Below, one piece after another: positions 12,772 through 25,225 of a stretch of DNA of 64,000 nucleotides. Location of the stretch: the NCBI GenBank assembly GCA_964016885.1, contig OZ024741.1:361584001-361648000 (forward strand). The letters are read 5' to 3'. The notes beneath the pieces are model-generated. The model saw nothing but the letters and a program-made list of their open reading frames with translations. It was not told where the DNA came from and did no database searches. The translations under genes and the position numbers were made by a program. The DNA is from Eledone cirrhosa. Lineage: Eukaryota. Each line of letters opens with the position of its first letter. Positions within the stretch are counted from its first letter, which is position 1.

Positions 12772-15700
12772 CCGTTTTACGTCCGTTCTTCCACGCTAGC
12801 ATGGGTTAGACGGGTTGTCCTGTTGTGGGCAGTGTCTGGTCGGCTGACCATGCCTTGCTCATACAGGAACTGATCTGGCTTGATTTCTACAGCTGGATGC
12901 CCTTCCTAACACCAACCTCATTTACAGTGAGTGCTGGGTGCTTTTTCGTGGCGCCTACACGTCCACTTTACAGTGTGGGCTGGGTGCTTTTTTGCCGTGG
13001 CACCTCCACGACCACCTTGCGGTGGGGGGGGGGGGGGCATATTGTTTATATGCTTCAGCATGTACCCATGAGAGGTCGGGTACCCTGTATTACTGCGTGA
13101 CGCCAGAAGTCACGGTCGTGTGTCATTGACTTTGAGAGGTGTAGTTGGGTAAGGTCGGCTTTTATCACCTCATCCCAAGTCATCTTGGGTCTCCCCACTC
13201 CGCGGTTTCCATCAACTTCTAGTGCTCTGCACCTTTTTATGCAGCTGTCATCCTTCATACGCATCACATGTCCATACCAGCGTAACCGCCTCTCCTGCAC
13301 GCAGCATTTGATTCCTCTTATGCTCAGTCTCTCTCTCAATTCCTTTATGCTTTGTCGTTCACGTATATTACTGTTACACATCCATCGGAGCATGCAGGCT
13401 TCGTTTCTCTCTAATCTACGTAAGTCTTCCACCTTCAGCGCCCAGGTCTCACTACCATGCAACATCGCTGTTCGGATACACGCATCATACAGTCTGCCTT
13501 TCATTCTGAGGGAGAAGCCTTTTGCAGCTAGCAGTGGTAGTAGTTCCCTAAACTTCTTCCATCCCGTTCTTACCCTAGTTATTGTACTTTCTGAGCACCC
13601 ACCTCCGTTGCTAATTCGGTCACCTAGGTAGCAGAAGCTGTCTACTGTTTCTACAGGGCCCTCCCAGAGATTGGTGGTACTTGTTTCCTGTGGCTGTTTG
13701 CTTGCTGTTTCAGCACAGCTGCTGCATGTGAATCCTACATTCTTAATTAAGCTTCCTGAGATCCCGCTACATCTCTTGTGTACCCATTGTTTGCATTTGG
13801 GGCAGAGAATGGAGTTCCTACCTACACCTTTCCTACATACTGAGCAAGGCCATTTCCCTGAGGGGATCTGGGTTCTGTTTTCTCGTCTACTTATAAGGAC
13901 CTTAGTCTTTGTCATGTTGACTTTGAGCCCCTTTCTCTTTAGTCCCTGCTTCCAGGTTTGGAATTTATTCTCTAGTTCTACCATAGATTCAGCTATGAGT
14001 GCGAGGTCATCAGCATACAGGAGTTCCCATGGGCATCCGGTCTTAAACTCCTCCGTTATTGCCTGCAGGACTATGATGAACAGGAGAGGGCTAAGAACAG
14101 AGCCCTGGTGGACCCCAACCTGTACGCTAAATTCCTCGCTATACTCATTGCCAATCCTAACTTTGCTGACTGCTCCCCTATACATGGCTTGTACCGCTTT
14201 CACAAGCCATTCATCTACTCCTAGTTTTCTAAGAGCCCACCAGATTACTGCACGTGGAACTCTGTCAAAGGCTTTCTCAAGGTCGACAAATGCCAAGTAG
14301 AGTGGTTTACTTTTAGCTAGGTACTTTTCCTGTAATTGCCTCACAAGGAAGAGGGCATCAGTGGTGCCTTTCCCTGGTACAAACCCAAATTGCATCTCGT
14401 CTATATTCACCCGGTCCCTAATCAGCTGTGCTATAACTCTTTCTGTTACTTTCATGACCTGGTCCATCAACTTTATACCTCTATAGTTTCCTCTATCTAG
14501 TGCATCGCCTTTACCTTTGTAGCAGTTGACAATGATGCTACTGCACCAATCTTTTGGTATGGCCCCCTCTAGTATTACCTGGTTAACGATACGTGTGGTT
14601 ATAGTGTGACCTACAGACCCAGATGCCTTCAGCATCTCGGCAGCTATACCCGATGGACCGGTTGCCTTCCCTATCTTCATATCTCTGATTGCCTTACTTA
14701 CTACGCTGCCGCTGACTTGTACTGCTGGTCCCTCTATAGGGTCTACGTGGGGTAGGGTCTCTTCTTCCCATGCATTCTCCTCATTTAGTAATCTATCATA
14801 ATGACTCTTCCATGCATCTTTCTTCTCAGCACTTGTGAGGGCAAGCTCACCTTTATCATTCCGGATACACTTCTCTCCAATGACATCACAACTATCTCTG
14901 ACACACTGCCTCGCAATCTTGAATACCTCCTGTTTCTGGTCCTCACGTTGTAAAACATGCTTGAATTTTCTATCCTCTGCTTCCCTCCTAGCTAAGTATA
15001 CTTGTCGCCTAGCTTCCCTCTTGGTCTATATGTAATGTACCCTGCTCCCCCCGTTCTTCCATTCTTTCCATGCCTGTCTCTTGGCCTTGACTGCTTCATC
15101 TACCTTATTGTTCCACCACCAAGTCACTCTCCTCCTGCTTGAGGTCTTACTCCAGCCACAAACCTCATCCGTCGCCTCTAGTAAGTTATTTTTTAGGAAC
15201 TCCCAGTTCTCTTCTACGTTAAATGTCTCTATCTGTTCTTCTTTACTGTCGTAGGCGTTGAGTAAAATATCTTTAAATCTGTTACTGGTTGAGGGGACTT
15301 TCAGCTTCCAGATCTTTCTTCTCCAGGTTGGCCTCTGTTTCAGGGCTCGTCTAGTTCTGACCGTGAGGTCGCTGACAACTAAGCTATGTTGGGATGTACA
15401 TTCCTCACTAGGGAAGGCTTTTGTGTTTACGACCGTCCATCTGTCACGTCCTCTGATGAGGATAAAATCTAACTGACTAGAGTGCTCCCCTGATCTATAG
15501 GTGATCAGGTGGTTGTCGGGTTTTTTAAAGTTTGTGTTACATATCGACATGTCATTGGCGTCGCAGAATTCTAGAAGTCTGAATCCTTCCTCATTCCTTG
15601 TGCCAACTCCATGGCCTCCATGTACTCTATTGAAGCCGTCGCAGTGTTTACCTACGTGTCCGTTAAAATCTCCTGCAATGATTAGGAAGTCCTTGTCGTC

Positions 15701-17118
15701 TGTTAGAGCAGTAGTGTGTATTAGGGACTCGTAAAACCTATCCTTAAGTTCGTCTGGCAGCCCCGATTGGGGTGCGTAAGCTGATATTATTGTGGTAATT
15801 GTCTTATTCAGGACTAGTCTGAGTTTAATGATTCTTGCATTTACCCTGTACACTGAGATTACTTTATCTACCCACTTGTCAGCTAATAGTATACCTACAC
15901 CACCCATCCCATCGTCATTTCCCACCCAGAAAAATTTGTAGCACTGGCTTTTTCCTACAAGGACTCTGGCAGACTCTCCTCTCCATCTAGTCTCTTGCAC
16001 ACAGCATACATCAACTTCCTTTCGCTCTAGCATTTCTACGATTTCTCCTGCTCTTCCTTTCATTGAGCCTACATTGATGGTACCAACTCGGAGTTTTGGG
16101 CATTTGTCGACACTCGTAGGGGAGGGTCTCTGGGTTGGCGCTTCACGTGGGTGCTTGGTAGCTCGCAGATTCATATTTCATCTATTGATTCAGAGTTGCT
16201 CGTGTATTCCCAGCTCATCCATCCATAACGGTGGGAAAATTGAGGGCTAGAAGAACAGTGGTGGTGGGGTAATGGCAGGGTGTGTTGGGATGCGCCAGAG
16301 GAGGAGAGAGTTAGTTAGGCAGGTAGTAGCAGCAGCAGTGGAAATGGCATGCTAGGTTTGATTGGTCGAATAGACTATGGTGGTGTGTGGGGGTGGGCGG
16401 GAGGGAAATTGTGAGGTAGGAACTGAGGGTCGCATGGTAAATAACTGAGAGAGATACAATAGGATTAGAATACCGCATGGTAAATATCCAAGTTAATAAG
16501 TTAATACTACATCAGTAAAATTAACAAAATAACGTCATGAAAAACTACTAAGAGAAACCCTCGAAAATTTATCGCTAATACAGCAGGGAAAATTTAACGC
16601 TAATACAGCAGGGAACATCATAATATTAACGACAATATGTAGGCTAAAATACCTTCGTAGATTAGATGGATGGCTGGAAAAATTGGAATCAGCTCTAGTG
16701 ATACATTTTAGCAGAGAAGAATGGGAAAGTGTCTTATCTCTTCAATATTTTCAGATTGAATGAATTAGGTTAAAGACAGGGTAGTAAGCCTTAAAGAAGT
16801 GCATAGAGAGGGGGGGGGGTTAGGAGAGAAGAATGGGAAAGTGTCTTATCTCTTCAATATTTTCAGATTGAATGAATTAGGTTAAAGACAGGGTAGTAAG
16901 CCTTAAAGAAGTGCATAGAGAGGGGGGGGTAGGAACTGAGGGTCGCATGGTAAATAACTGAGAGAGATACAATAGGATTAGAATACCGCATGGTAAATAT
17001 CCAAGTTAATAAGTTAATACTACATCAGTAAAATTAACAAAATAACGTCATGAAAAACTACTAAGAGAAACCCTCGAAAATTTATCGCTAATACAGCAGA
17101 AAATTTATCGCTAATACA
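12741..17118 (-). mobile_element. Near full-length RTE-clade LINE with (GAT)n tail, inserted into a TTAA MITE
   Basis: (CAT)n tract at 12741-12770 is the 3' tail on the minus strand, followed by a 3' UTR, a single APE-RT ORF and a roughly 0.95-kb 5' region with internal duplications. The flanks (12545-12740 and 17119-17155) join into one MITE copy. Confidence 0.92.
13055..16174 (-). pseudogene. RTE ORF: APE endonuclease + reverse transcriptase + PHD-type finger, about 1039 codons, one in-frame TAG
   Basis: ORFs 15026-16174 (GTINVGS, QETRW, AYAPQ, GDFNGH, SQH) and 13055-14680 (NYRGIKL, FVDLEKAFD, QGSVLSP, YADD, FCYLG) share a frame. The linker 14681-15025 reads open by hand (TKREARRQVYL...KAIRDMKIGK). 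The only stop is TAG at 15026-15028. Confidence 0.92.
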
Positions 17119-19283
17119 TGCAGAACATTTTTAGAAATATGGTAACAAAAGGGTCAAAGAATGATGCATTAGGCAATGTAGTAATTCATATACAAAAAAG
17201 ACAGTTTGGCCATAACTGGAATGTTTGTGATCAGATGCCAGCTTGATCAAGGCTGACACAGAGCTATGCAGCAACTATTATTGTGCATCTAAGCTCTCTG
17301 CCAAACCTTTTGTATGCCTCTTGCTTGTCCTGAGTAACTACATACACCCTTGTTATGTCTCTAACAAAGCTATTTACTCTTGGACTGTCTACCAGTAACT
17401 AGTAATTATATCTTTACCCTATTTATATTTTCAAGTCATCTTTGGTTTTGAACTTTATTTGGAGCATTTTAACATATTTTGCAATGAGAACTAGGTTATC
17501 AGCATTTAAAGTTCCCAGGGAAAACCAGTTTTTTGTCTCAAGGTCTCTAATGTTAATCAGACTAAGAGTAGAACCCTTATATAGAAAATTAATATGAATA
17601 TGTACACGTGTGTGTATAATGGCCCTTATATAGAAAATTAATATGAATATGTACGTGTGTGTATATGAGAGTACATGAGTATATAGTTTTGCAAATAAGT
17701 GTTTCCATATATCATGTGTCTTTCTACTACAGTCTTGGATTAACCAAAACCTTGTGAGTAAATTTGGGAGATAGAAACTGTATAAAGGCCTTTGTATGTA
17801 GTCATGTATATATGTGTGTGTTCATTTTTATTGGAGTCTTTTCTTTGCCTTTGATACAGCTAGTAGTGTAATGTCCCACAGTTTAGCAGTTTGATGTGTG
17901 AAAAAAACAAGGTTTGGCATCAGGAAAGACATCTGGTCATAGAATACTGCCTTGAAAAAGTGTTGTCCAACCCATGCTAACAAGGCAAAAATCTATATGA
18001 AAACAACGATGACACCCAATCAATGTTAGCACCCACTCAACTATTTTATGAACGGTTTGCTAACAAACTTATTTGTACTTATGTCGACATTGATTCAGGA
18101 CAGGTTAAGCCGGTTCCAACCAGTGAATCTACAGTAATGTGATCAGAGACTGCTCATGCATGTTGATTACTGACATCTGACACGGATATTGTCAGCCAGT
18201 CACGATCCTAATGGTAAACTCCATATATGCGAAGGGCAGATATTTACTCCTGTAATTATATGGAAGAAACTCCTGCTACTGACTCAACTCTTAATATCGT
18301 GTAATGATTTAGCAGTTTGTTCAGTTCAAATGCTTATAATATTTTTACTATTGGACAGATCCTTGTGAAAAAATATATGCACACACAATAGAGTAAGACA
18401 GACATATAGATGGAGAGAAAGGGGAGAGGGATTGAGATAGATAGAGAACACTATTGGAATGCGCTGGTGTGAATGAATGTTTTTGACAGAGCAGAGCATT
18501 CATGCGACAGACAGACAAGAAGGCTGTACAGCTATTATAATATAGATTAAATAACTAGAAAAAATAAACAAGACTGTTGAAAACATTATAAAAGGATGAT
18601 TCTTGAATAATTTTGATTTGAGAAAATATGTGAACCTTTTTTTAAACCTTTTTGATATTAAACTGCTTGAAATTGCCCCTGGTGCTAAGGTACTAAGCTG
18701 TTCATTAAGTGTTTATATTTATTGAAAAACTTTTCATCATAATTCTACATAAGAACACTCTATTAAGCTATGTTCCAAACACTAGTTTAATAATGAAAAA
18801 AATTTAGTAAATCCTTCCAAATTCTCAATTATTAAAAAAGTTATTTGGAAATTAAGGACAGTGTCTTTCATTAGAAATATGGCAATGAATGGGTTGTTGT
18901 TTTGTCAGGGAGTGATGGGTAGTATCCATGACCCTCTTCAAGGCCTCTAATTATAGTTGGTGCAAGCAAGGGAGGAACGTGTTCTCAATATGGAGACCTG
19001 ACCTAAATGTTTACAACAGAGTGGACTCCACTAAAGCGACCCTAGGACAAGGTGGTGGTGTTAAACTTACTTGCATGAAGGAGTAAATTCATCACCCAAC
19101 TAAACTGCAGAGAGCCAGAACAAATATCTCCATATATGTTGTCCTATGCTGTCATGGCTCTGCCAATTTGCCAACTTTATAAAATTGAAATAAGTACTTA
19201 TTTTTATATAATATTCCTGACTGTCCTGGATTTGGGAACAAAAACATTAATGGGTTAATCCTTTTGACACCAAACTGCCTTAA

Positions 19284-19490
19284 CCCTTTAGCATTTACAT
19301 TACTCTATATTTACTATTGTATTTTTGTGGTAAAGGCTTTACCTCACATAATATTGAATCTACAAGATTTTGATGTTATTTGTTTTGAGAACAATACCAT
19401 AACTTCATATGAACGGCCAGTTACAGCCGGTTTGAACAGAAAGAGGTGAGAGAATTCTGGCTGGATACGGCCGGTTTAAATGCTAAAGGG
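19284..19490 (+). mobile_element. TTAA MITE family 2 (about 207 bp), nested in a family-1 MITE
   Basis: TTAA at 19280-83 and 19491-94. Perfect 14-bp TIR ccctttagcattta / taaatgctaaaggg. Confidence 0.88.
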
Positions 19491-19880
19491 TTAAACTGCA
19501 ACTGGTTTACGGTTCCAAATTGCTTGTTTTAAACTGTTGATATTTACCTAAAACCTACCATTATTCCATGTAAGAATTTTTGTAAAGTTATATGCCCAAA
19601 ACCGACCTAATAATGAGAAAGTTAGTTATATTAGTAAACTCCTCCAAATTCTGAATAATTTTCAAACTCATTTGTAAATTATAGGCAGTATATTTTATTA
19701 GAAACAGGGTAATGAAAGGGTTAAGACATTTTTGTTTTTTCTCTCTTTAGAATAATTCTGTTATACAGTAGAAATACAGTAGTTATGAAGTAGTAGAGAT
19801 AAGCTTTCAGCAAGCACAGCCTGCTTGACCTGGTTTCAATATCCAGTGATATTATTATTCATTGTGTTCTCAGCTCTTAA

Positions 19881-20086
19881 CCCTTTAGCATTCACATTAC
19901 TCTATATATACTATTATATTTTCATGGTAAAGGCTTTATCTCGCATAATTATCTCACATAATATCGAATCTATGAGATTTTGAAAGTATTTATTTTGAGA
20001 ACAATACCTAGTGATCAGTTACAGCCAGTGCAACAGAAAAAGGTAGAGAATTCTGGCCGGTTTTGGCTGGTTTGAACATTAAAGGG
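19881..20086 (+). mobile_element. TTAA MITE family 2 copy
   Basis: TTAA flanks at 19877-80 and 20087-90, with the same internal sequence as 6560-6769. Confidence 0.85.
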
Positions 20087-20118
20087 TTAAGCAATGCACA
20101 TTATTAGTCTGCTTTCTT

Positions 20119-20202
20119 TGCCTTTCATCCTTACGGGGTCGATAAAATAAAGTACCAGTAATGTACTGGGTAATTGCTGGCCTTGTGCCAATAGTAGAAA
20201 CA
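20119..20202 (+). mobile_element. 5'-truncated SINE family A with about 19-bp TSD
   Basis: attattagtctgctttctt at 20100-20118 and 20203-20221 brackets the SINE 3' half. Confidence 0.85.
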
Positions 20203-21450
20203 ATTATTAGTCTGCTTTCTTCAGTGTACCTAACTGAAAGGAGTATTCAAATTCACTCCATGCTTGAATAGCTGGCATTGATAACTCTTAGCATCCTGAC
20301 CCACATGAAATTCCATTAACAGGACATTCCTGAAAATTACAAAAAAGGTCGAAGATGGCTTCACATTAAAAATGAAATTCTTTACTCTAATACTGCACAT
20401 TTTCACAACAACCTATCCACTAGGAAAGACATTATAAACATTTGAATTAACAAGCCCTATTTTTAGTACAAAATCATTAGAGGATGTTAAGAGTTACACA
20501 TTTAGTTCCAATTTTTTTAGATATAAATATTCAAGATTCTATGATGATTTCATCTATTCTAATTAGTAAATTAACCAAACCTCCAGAAACTACACCTTGC
20601 TCTATGATATAAAACTGTTTGTTTTAAAGTGTTTATGTTTATCTAAAAACTTTCCATCGTAATTTTCAGCAAAAAGCAAAAAAAGTTATATTACCAAATC
20701 CCTCCAATTCTTGATTATTTTCAAAATTATTCGAAAATCATAGTGAGTGCTTTTCAGAAGAAATATGGCAATATGTTTATCTAAAGACCTTCTATCATAA
20801 TTTTATGTAAGAACCATTATTATTTTCAGTAGAAATATGGCTAACATTAACATTGGTTTAATTAGCATGAGTTATTAATGTTGAGTTGCCTTACTTGGCA
20901 CAGAGCTAACAGAAGTAACCAATGAAATACTTGTTAGCAAATTTGCAGTCGTTAGACCATTAAAATAAATGTCCCAGTGTTTGTTTCATCACTTTGTGTG
21001 CTGCATTCAAATCCTGTTGAGATAAACTTTGCTTTCTATTCTTTTTAGGTCAATAAATAAAGTATGATGCTGTTACGCATTTCCTTGCTGACCAGCAAGA
21101 GTTAAAATATATTTCCATATTCCATAAGTGAGTTATGTAAATTTACAATGAAGGGTATAGAGGACTCTTCAGCTGTAGCAAAGACATGACAGCCTCCCTA
21201 GTGCTTGTGCCATGATAAAATGCACTCAGTATACCCTGTGTCTCCCCCTGTTCATCTGAAAGGTCAGTGACTCTGGCTGGGTATATACGATGACATGTCC
21301 AATCCTTGCTAGCAGGAAAAACAGACATTAAATGATGAGGATGAGACAAAAAGATTAATTATATATGTCAGTTTTAAAAAAGAAGGCATTGTAAGATGAT
21401 ATGGATGAAAGATTCCCCCAACTATAAGTCCATTTTTATTTTTCTTACAG

Positions 21451-21548
21451 AAACAAGACCCTACTCAATTTCTACGGGTATATGGACGTCCATATAAGAT
21501 ACATCTAGACCCTGCTGTTGCATTATCTGCGGAATCACCCCAGAGCAT
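21451..21548 (+). CDS. CLASRP: CLASRP/SFRS16 internal coding exon A (first exon seen in window)
   Basis: Acceptor ttttattttttcttacAG, donor GTaagt. Translates KQDPTQFLRVYGRPYKIHLDPAVALSAESPQS-M, matching from recall the CLASRP N-terminal segment KKDPAQFLQVHGR..KVHLD.AVALAAESP..M. 98 nt, ends in phase 2. Confidence 0.93.
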
Positions 21549-21635
21549 GTAAGTTGAATATTTTTCATGGCTAATGAAAATATTATGCTAGTTTGTAGTG
21601 GCATTTCATTTGTTATAATGCATTAAATTATGGAG

Positions 21636-21638
<3 letters not shown>

Positions 21639-21676
<38 letters not shown>

Positions 21677-21736
21677 TATATATATATATATATATATATT
21701 ATAATTTTTGCACACACACACACACACACACACACA
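21639..21736. repeat. Compound (TG)16-(TA)n-(CA)13 microsatellite
   Basis: Direct reading; the arrangement is self-complementary. Confidence 0.95.
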
Positions 21737-22739
21737 AATAAATCTAATTTGAAAAATTCATTATTTTAAATGTTTTCCTAAATTCATTTGCATGTGTTGG
21801 TTCCAGGAAAAAAAAAAAAAAAAAATGAAAGCACCCAGTCGTGTTCAGTCTTCACAATCAGGTTGTAGCCTTGGTGCCATGAGAAAATGAGCCCAGTACA
21901 TGATATGAAGTGGTTGGCATTAGGAAAGGTATCCAGCCTTAGAAACCCTGCCAAAATGGAACATACGAGCAAGACAGTTGTCGACCTACCTGTCTAGCCT
22001 CAAAACGTGACAACCTGTCTAACCTTTGCAAGCATGGAAAATAGATATAAAATGGTGATGATGATGATTAGTCTGTTTTCAGAAGCTACTTGAATGAGTA
22101 TAGGCTAACAAGGGAAACTCTATGTAGTAGTGTCACTACCTTCTGGAAATAACTGATTCCTGGTTCCCTCTTAAATGTGATTGGTATAGAGATCATCATA
22201 ATCTTTATTTTCTTCCGTGTTAACACCTTAGTTTTCACATTTATCTGGATTTAATGAATTTTTCTCAAAAGATATTTCTTGAAATAAGGGACATAACAAA
22301 GCAACTAGAAAAAAGAATTATTATTTATTTAATTATTTAATCAATTTAAATGTCCATATAGAGCAGGTATGCTAAGAGAGGTATTTAATACACCTTATGA
22401 TTAAGAAACAAAAACGAGAGACAAAAGAAAAGGAAAACAGGAGGCCAAAGAAGCCTAAAAAAGAAAAAAGTGAAGAACAAGGACAACTATAAAGCAGCTA
22501 AAGGTTTCTGTGGAATCTTTTTGTAGCTGCAATGTCCTGAAAGATCTTGTTTATGTTTGGTAGATCTTTGACAATATATTGCACCTTTCAACTTGGTAGT
22601 TTTTTAAAGATCAGTTTCAAGATATCCTGAATATTCAAGAGTTGATGGCTGCTAAACAAGCATGCTGCACATGGCACTTAATGCGCCAGAGAATTGTACC
22701 AGCAGCGTTGAATCAGTAATAGGAAAGATAACACTGAGA

Positions 22740-23330
22740 AGAACGAAATTTGCAGATCACTGTGTTTGTCAGGTGGCCAGTGCTAACATGTGCATTGCAG
22801 TCTCCCATCAGGATATATGACTCAGTCTTAACTACATCTAACATGGCAGTGATTTCATCAAAGAAGGATCTGTATTCGGACTCCTTGTTTGGTGTATAAA
22901 CTTGCACCACCCACAGAGACCTATTTTTCAGCCTAAGCTTTAAGAGGCAAATCCTCCCTCCTAACGGGATCCAGTCCATAACGCATTCTGACAGCTGAGG
23001 GCTTGTGAGTATCTCCACTCCCACCCGCGCAGTTATTTCTGGCTCCATTCTTGAATAATGGAGTTTCCATCCAAATCTACAGTATCAGAGCCACAGAACT
23101 TTGTTGAGAAAACCCCAACTATATCTAGCTGGTAGCATCTAGCCTCCTTCACTAGTTCCTGTTCCTTACCTGTAAGGGTTGTGATGTTCCAGGTTCCAAC
23201 TGTTAAGGTTTGCTCCCTTCCGGAACTTCTTTGAGGTCTTCGGATATGTAAACTTTGTGCACCCATCCCATGACTCCCAGGACAGGTTGCAGGCCCATCG
23301 CTAGTTTTTGTAGCATGAAATGGAGACTAC
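22740..23330 (-). mobile_element. RTE (BovB-like) 5'/endonuclease fragment
   Basis: TVGTWNITTLTGKEQELV...LDIVGVFSTK and RICLLKLRL...VVQVYTPN...ILMGDCNAHV are APE motifs, broken by a frameshift. Confidence 0.8.
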
Positions 23331-23424
23331 AGTATAATTTTTGAGCAGGCCCCTCTACCTAAGGCCTGAACACGTCCCTTGTTAACCTGTGCGAATGAAG
23401 ATGCGGTATGGTTCGTTTTTGGTA

Positions 23425-23760
23425 ACACCCATGGGCATGCCTACAATGTCTTTCAGAAAAATCTTTTTATGCTCAGAATTGCTGAGTTTGGAACAAACTA
23501 CCAGCATCGATTATTAGCTGTTGAGACTTTGCATCCTTCAAAACTTCCATGCTTCCCTAATTCGCCAATACTACACCTGATACTCCCTCTCCATACACAT
23601 GCACGCATGTATCTGTGAGTATATCATGACTCATACACTGTTCACTTTCCTGACATTTGTACATTATTCTATGTACTAGACATTCACCTTTGATGAGTTG
23701 TAGTGTACCTGACCACTGTACACAATAATTTTCAATAATATTATAATTGTTATTATTATA
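23425..23760 (+). mobile_element. 5'-truncated copy of the same CR1 (3' end only)
   Basis: Aligns by eye to about 43390-43660 (tggaacaaactacc...ccatgcttccc...catgactc...cctttga.gagttgtagtg.acctga...acacaataattt) with an (ATT)-rich tail. Confidence 0.85.
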
Positions 23761-24244
23761 TTGCGTTGGACACCATGCTTTGCAGTATAGAGTTACGGCC
23801 CTTTACGTTCTGAGGTTAGCTTTGCCTTTCATCCTTATGGGGATCGATAAATAAAGCACCAGTAATGTACCAGGGTCAATTTAATTGACTTTCCTCTCTT
23901 CCTGAAATTGTTGGCCTTGTGCCTAAATCAGAAACCATCATTATATTGCAGTTTCAGTGGTCTTCTTCGCACCAGTCACCAATTTGATACTTTGTCAAAG
24001 CTGCAAAGACTAGGCTTTTTTGGAGGCAGCCTTTACTCACCTCATTGTAGCTATGTCACTGGGTTGTGAGAGTTTTCTTGGGAGCTACAGATGTCACTCA
24101 TTGCTCCATCTCCCCTAATAGTTTACCGCTGAAGGTCTGGGGTTGCTTATTCCTCCAGCAGTTGCCAGTTTATATCACAACTAGCCATCATATCTGGTGG
24201 CTGTATCGCTGTCACCTGTGACCCATAATCTAGCAGAACAGCTC

Positions 24245-25225
24245 TGTCGCGAATTGGACTTCACCAAAGGTGTGTACTGTCACCTCTCCTGTTCATTATT
24301 TATATGAACAGGTATATGGCGGTGGATTGACAGTATCGGTAGAGGGTCAGACGCCATGCTTTGACACATAGAGTTACGGACCTTGCCATTCTGAGTTCAA
24401 ATCTCGCTGAGGTTAACTTTGCCTTTCATCCTTACGGGGTTGATAAAATAAAGTACCAGTAATGCACTGGGTAATTGCTGGCCTTGTGCCAAAAAGTAGA
24501 AACAATTATTTACATGAATAGGATTGACATATGCAGCCGGGTTGGAAGTGGTATCATGACTGGTGGGTGTAAAAATCACTCTGGAATTTACGGACGACAT
24601 AGTATTACTGAACTAGACAGGTAGAGAAGTTCAAATATCTCTGGACCATGTTCACAAATTATGGAAGGCAGGAGGTTGAATTAAGTGCAAGAATTGCAGG
24701 AGCTGGTGCAGTAATGCTCCAGCATTCAGTAATCAGAAGGGAGGTAGGTGTAAATGCCAAACTCGCTATCTTCAATTCAGCATTCGCGCCAACCCTTATC
24801 TATGGTCATAAATTTTGGGTAATGACCGAAAGAATACGAACGCAAATACAAGCAGCCGAAATGGGGTTCCCTCAAAGGGTCTTTGGAGTAACGTTACTTG
24901 ATTGAGTGCTTAGCTCCAAGATCAGAAAGTCACTCTAGGTAGAGTTGCTTCTTCTCCGAATTGAGAGATCACAGCTCCGATATTATGGGCATGTGGTTAG
25001 AATGTCTCAGGAAAGAATCGCTGGCCAGATTTTAAGGGCAAAACCAACCGGCAGGAAACCCCAGGGTAGACCCCAAGCAAGATGATTGGATAACATCCAT
25101 GAGCTTGGTTGGTCACGCTTGAGGATCTGTTGGAGATGGTTGCTTCTGACAGGACTCGCTGGAAGGAGTTTTTAAGGACTCTGCCCACACAACCCTCTCA
25201 GGAATAAGTGGGTGAAGAAGAAGAC
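24245..25225 (+). mobile_element. RTE (BovB-like) 3' fragment interrupted by a SINE
   Basis: GLHQRCVLSPLLFIIYMNR, PTLIYGHKFWVMTERIRTQIQAAEM and an RPQ-type C-terminus, ending in a gaagaagaaga tail. SINE inserted at 24318-24505. Confidence 0.8.

Noticed and set aside
13185-14300. Plus-strand ORFs of 148 and 209 aa (and similar ones at 52118-52693 and 40327-40701)
   Set aside because: Antisense shadows of LINE coding sequence with no independent motifs.
1-21450. Search for the first CLASRP coding exon (MWHEARK...-like)
   Set aside because: No matching sequence found by eye; presumably upstream of the window.
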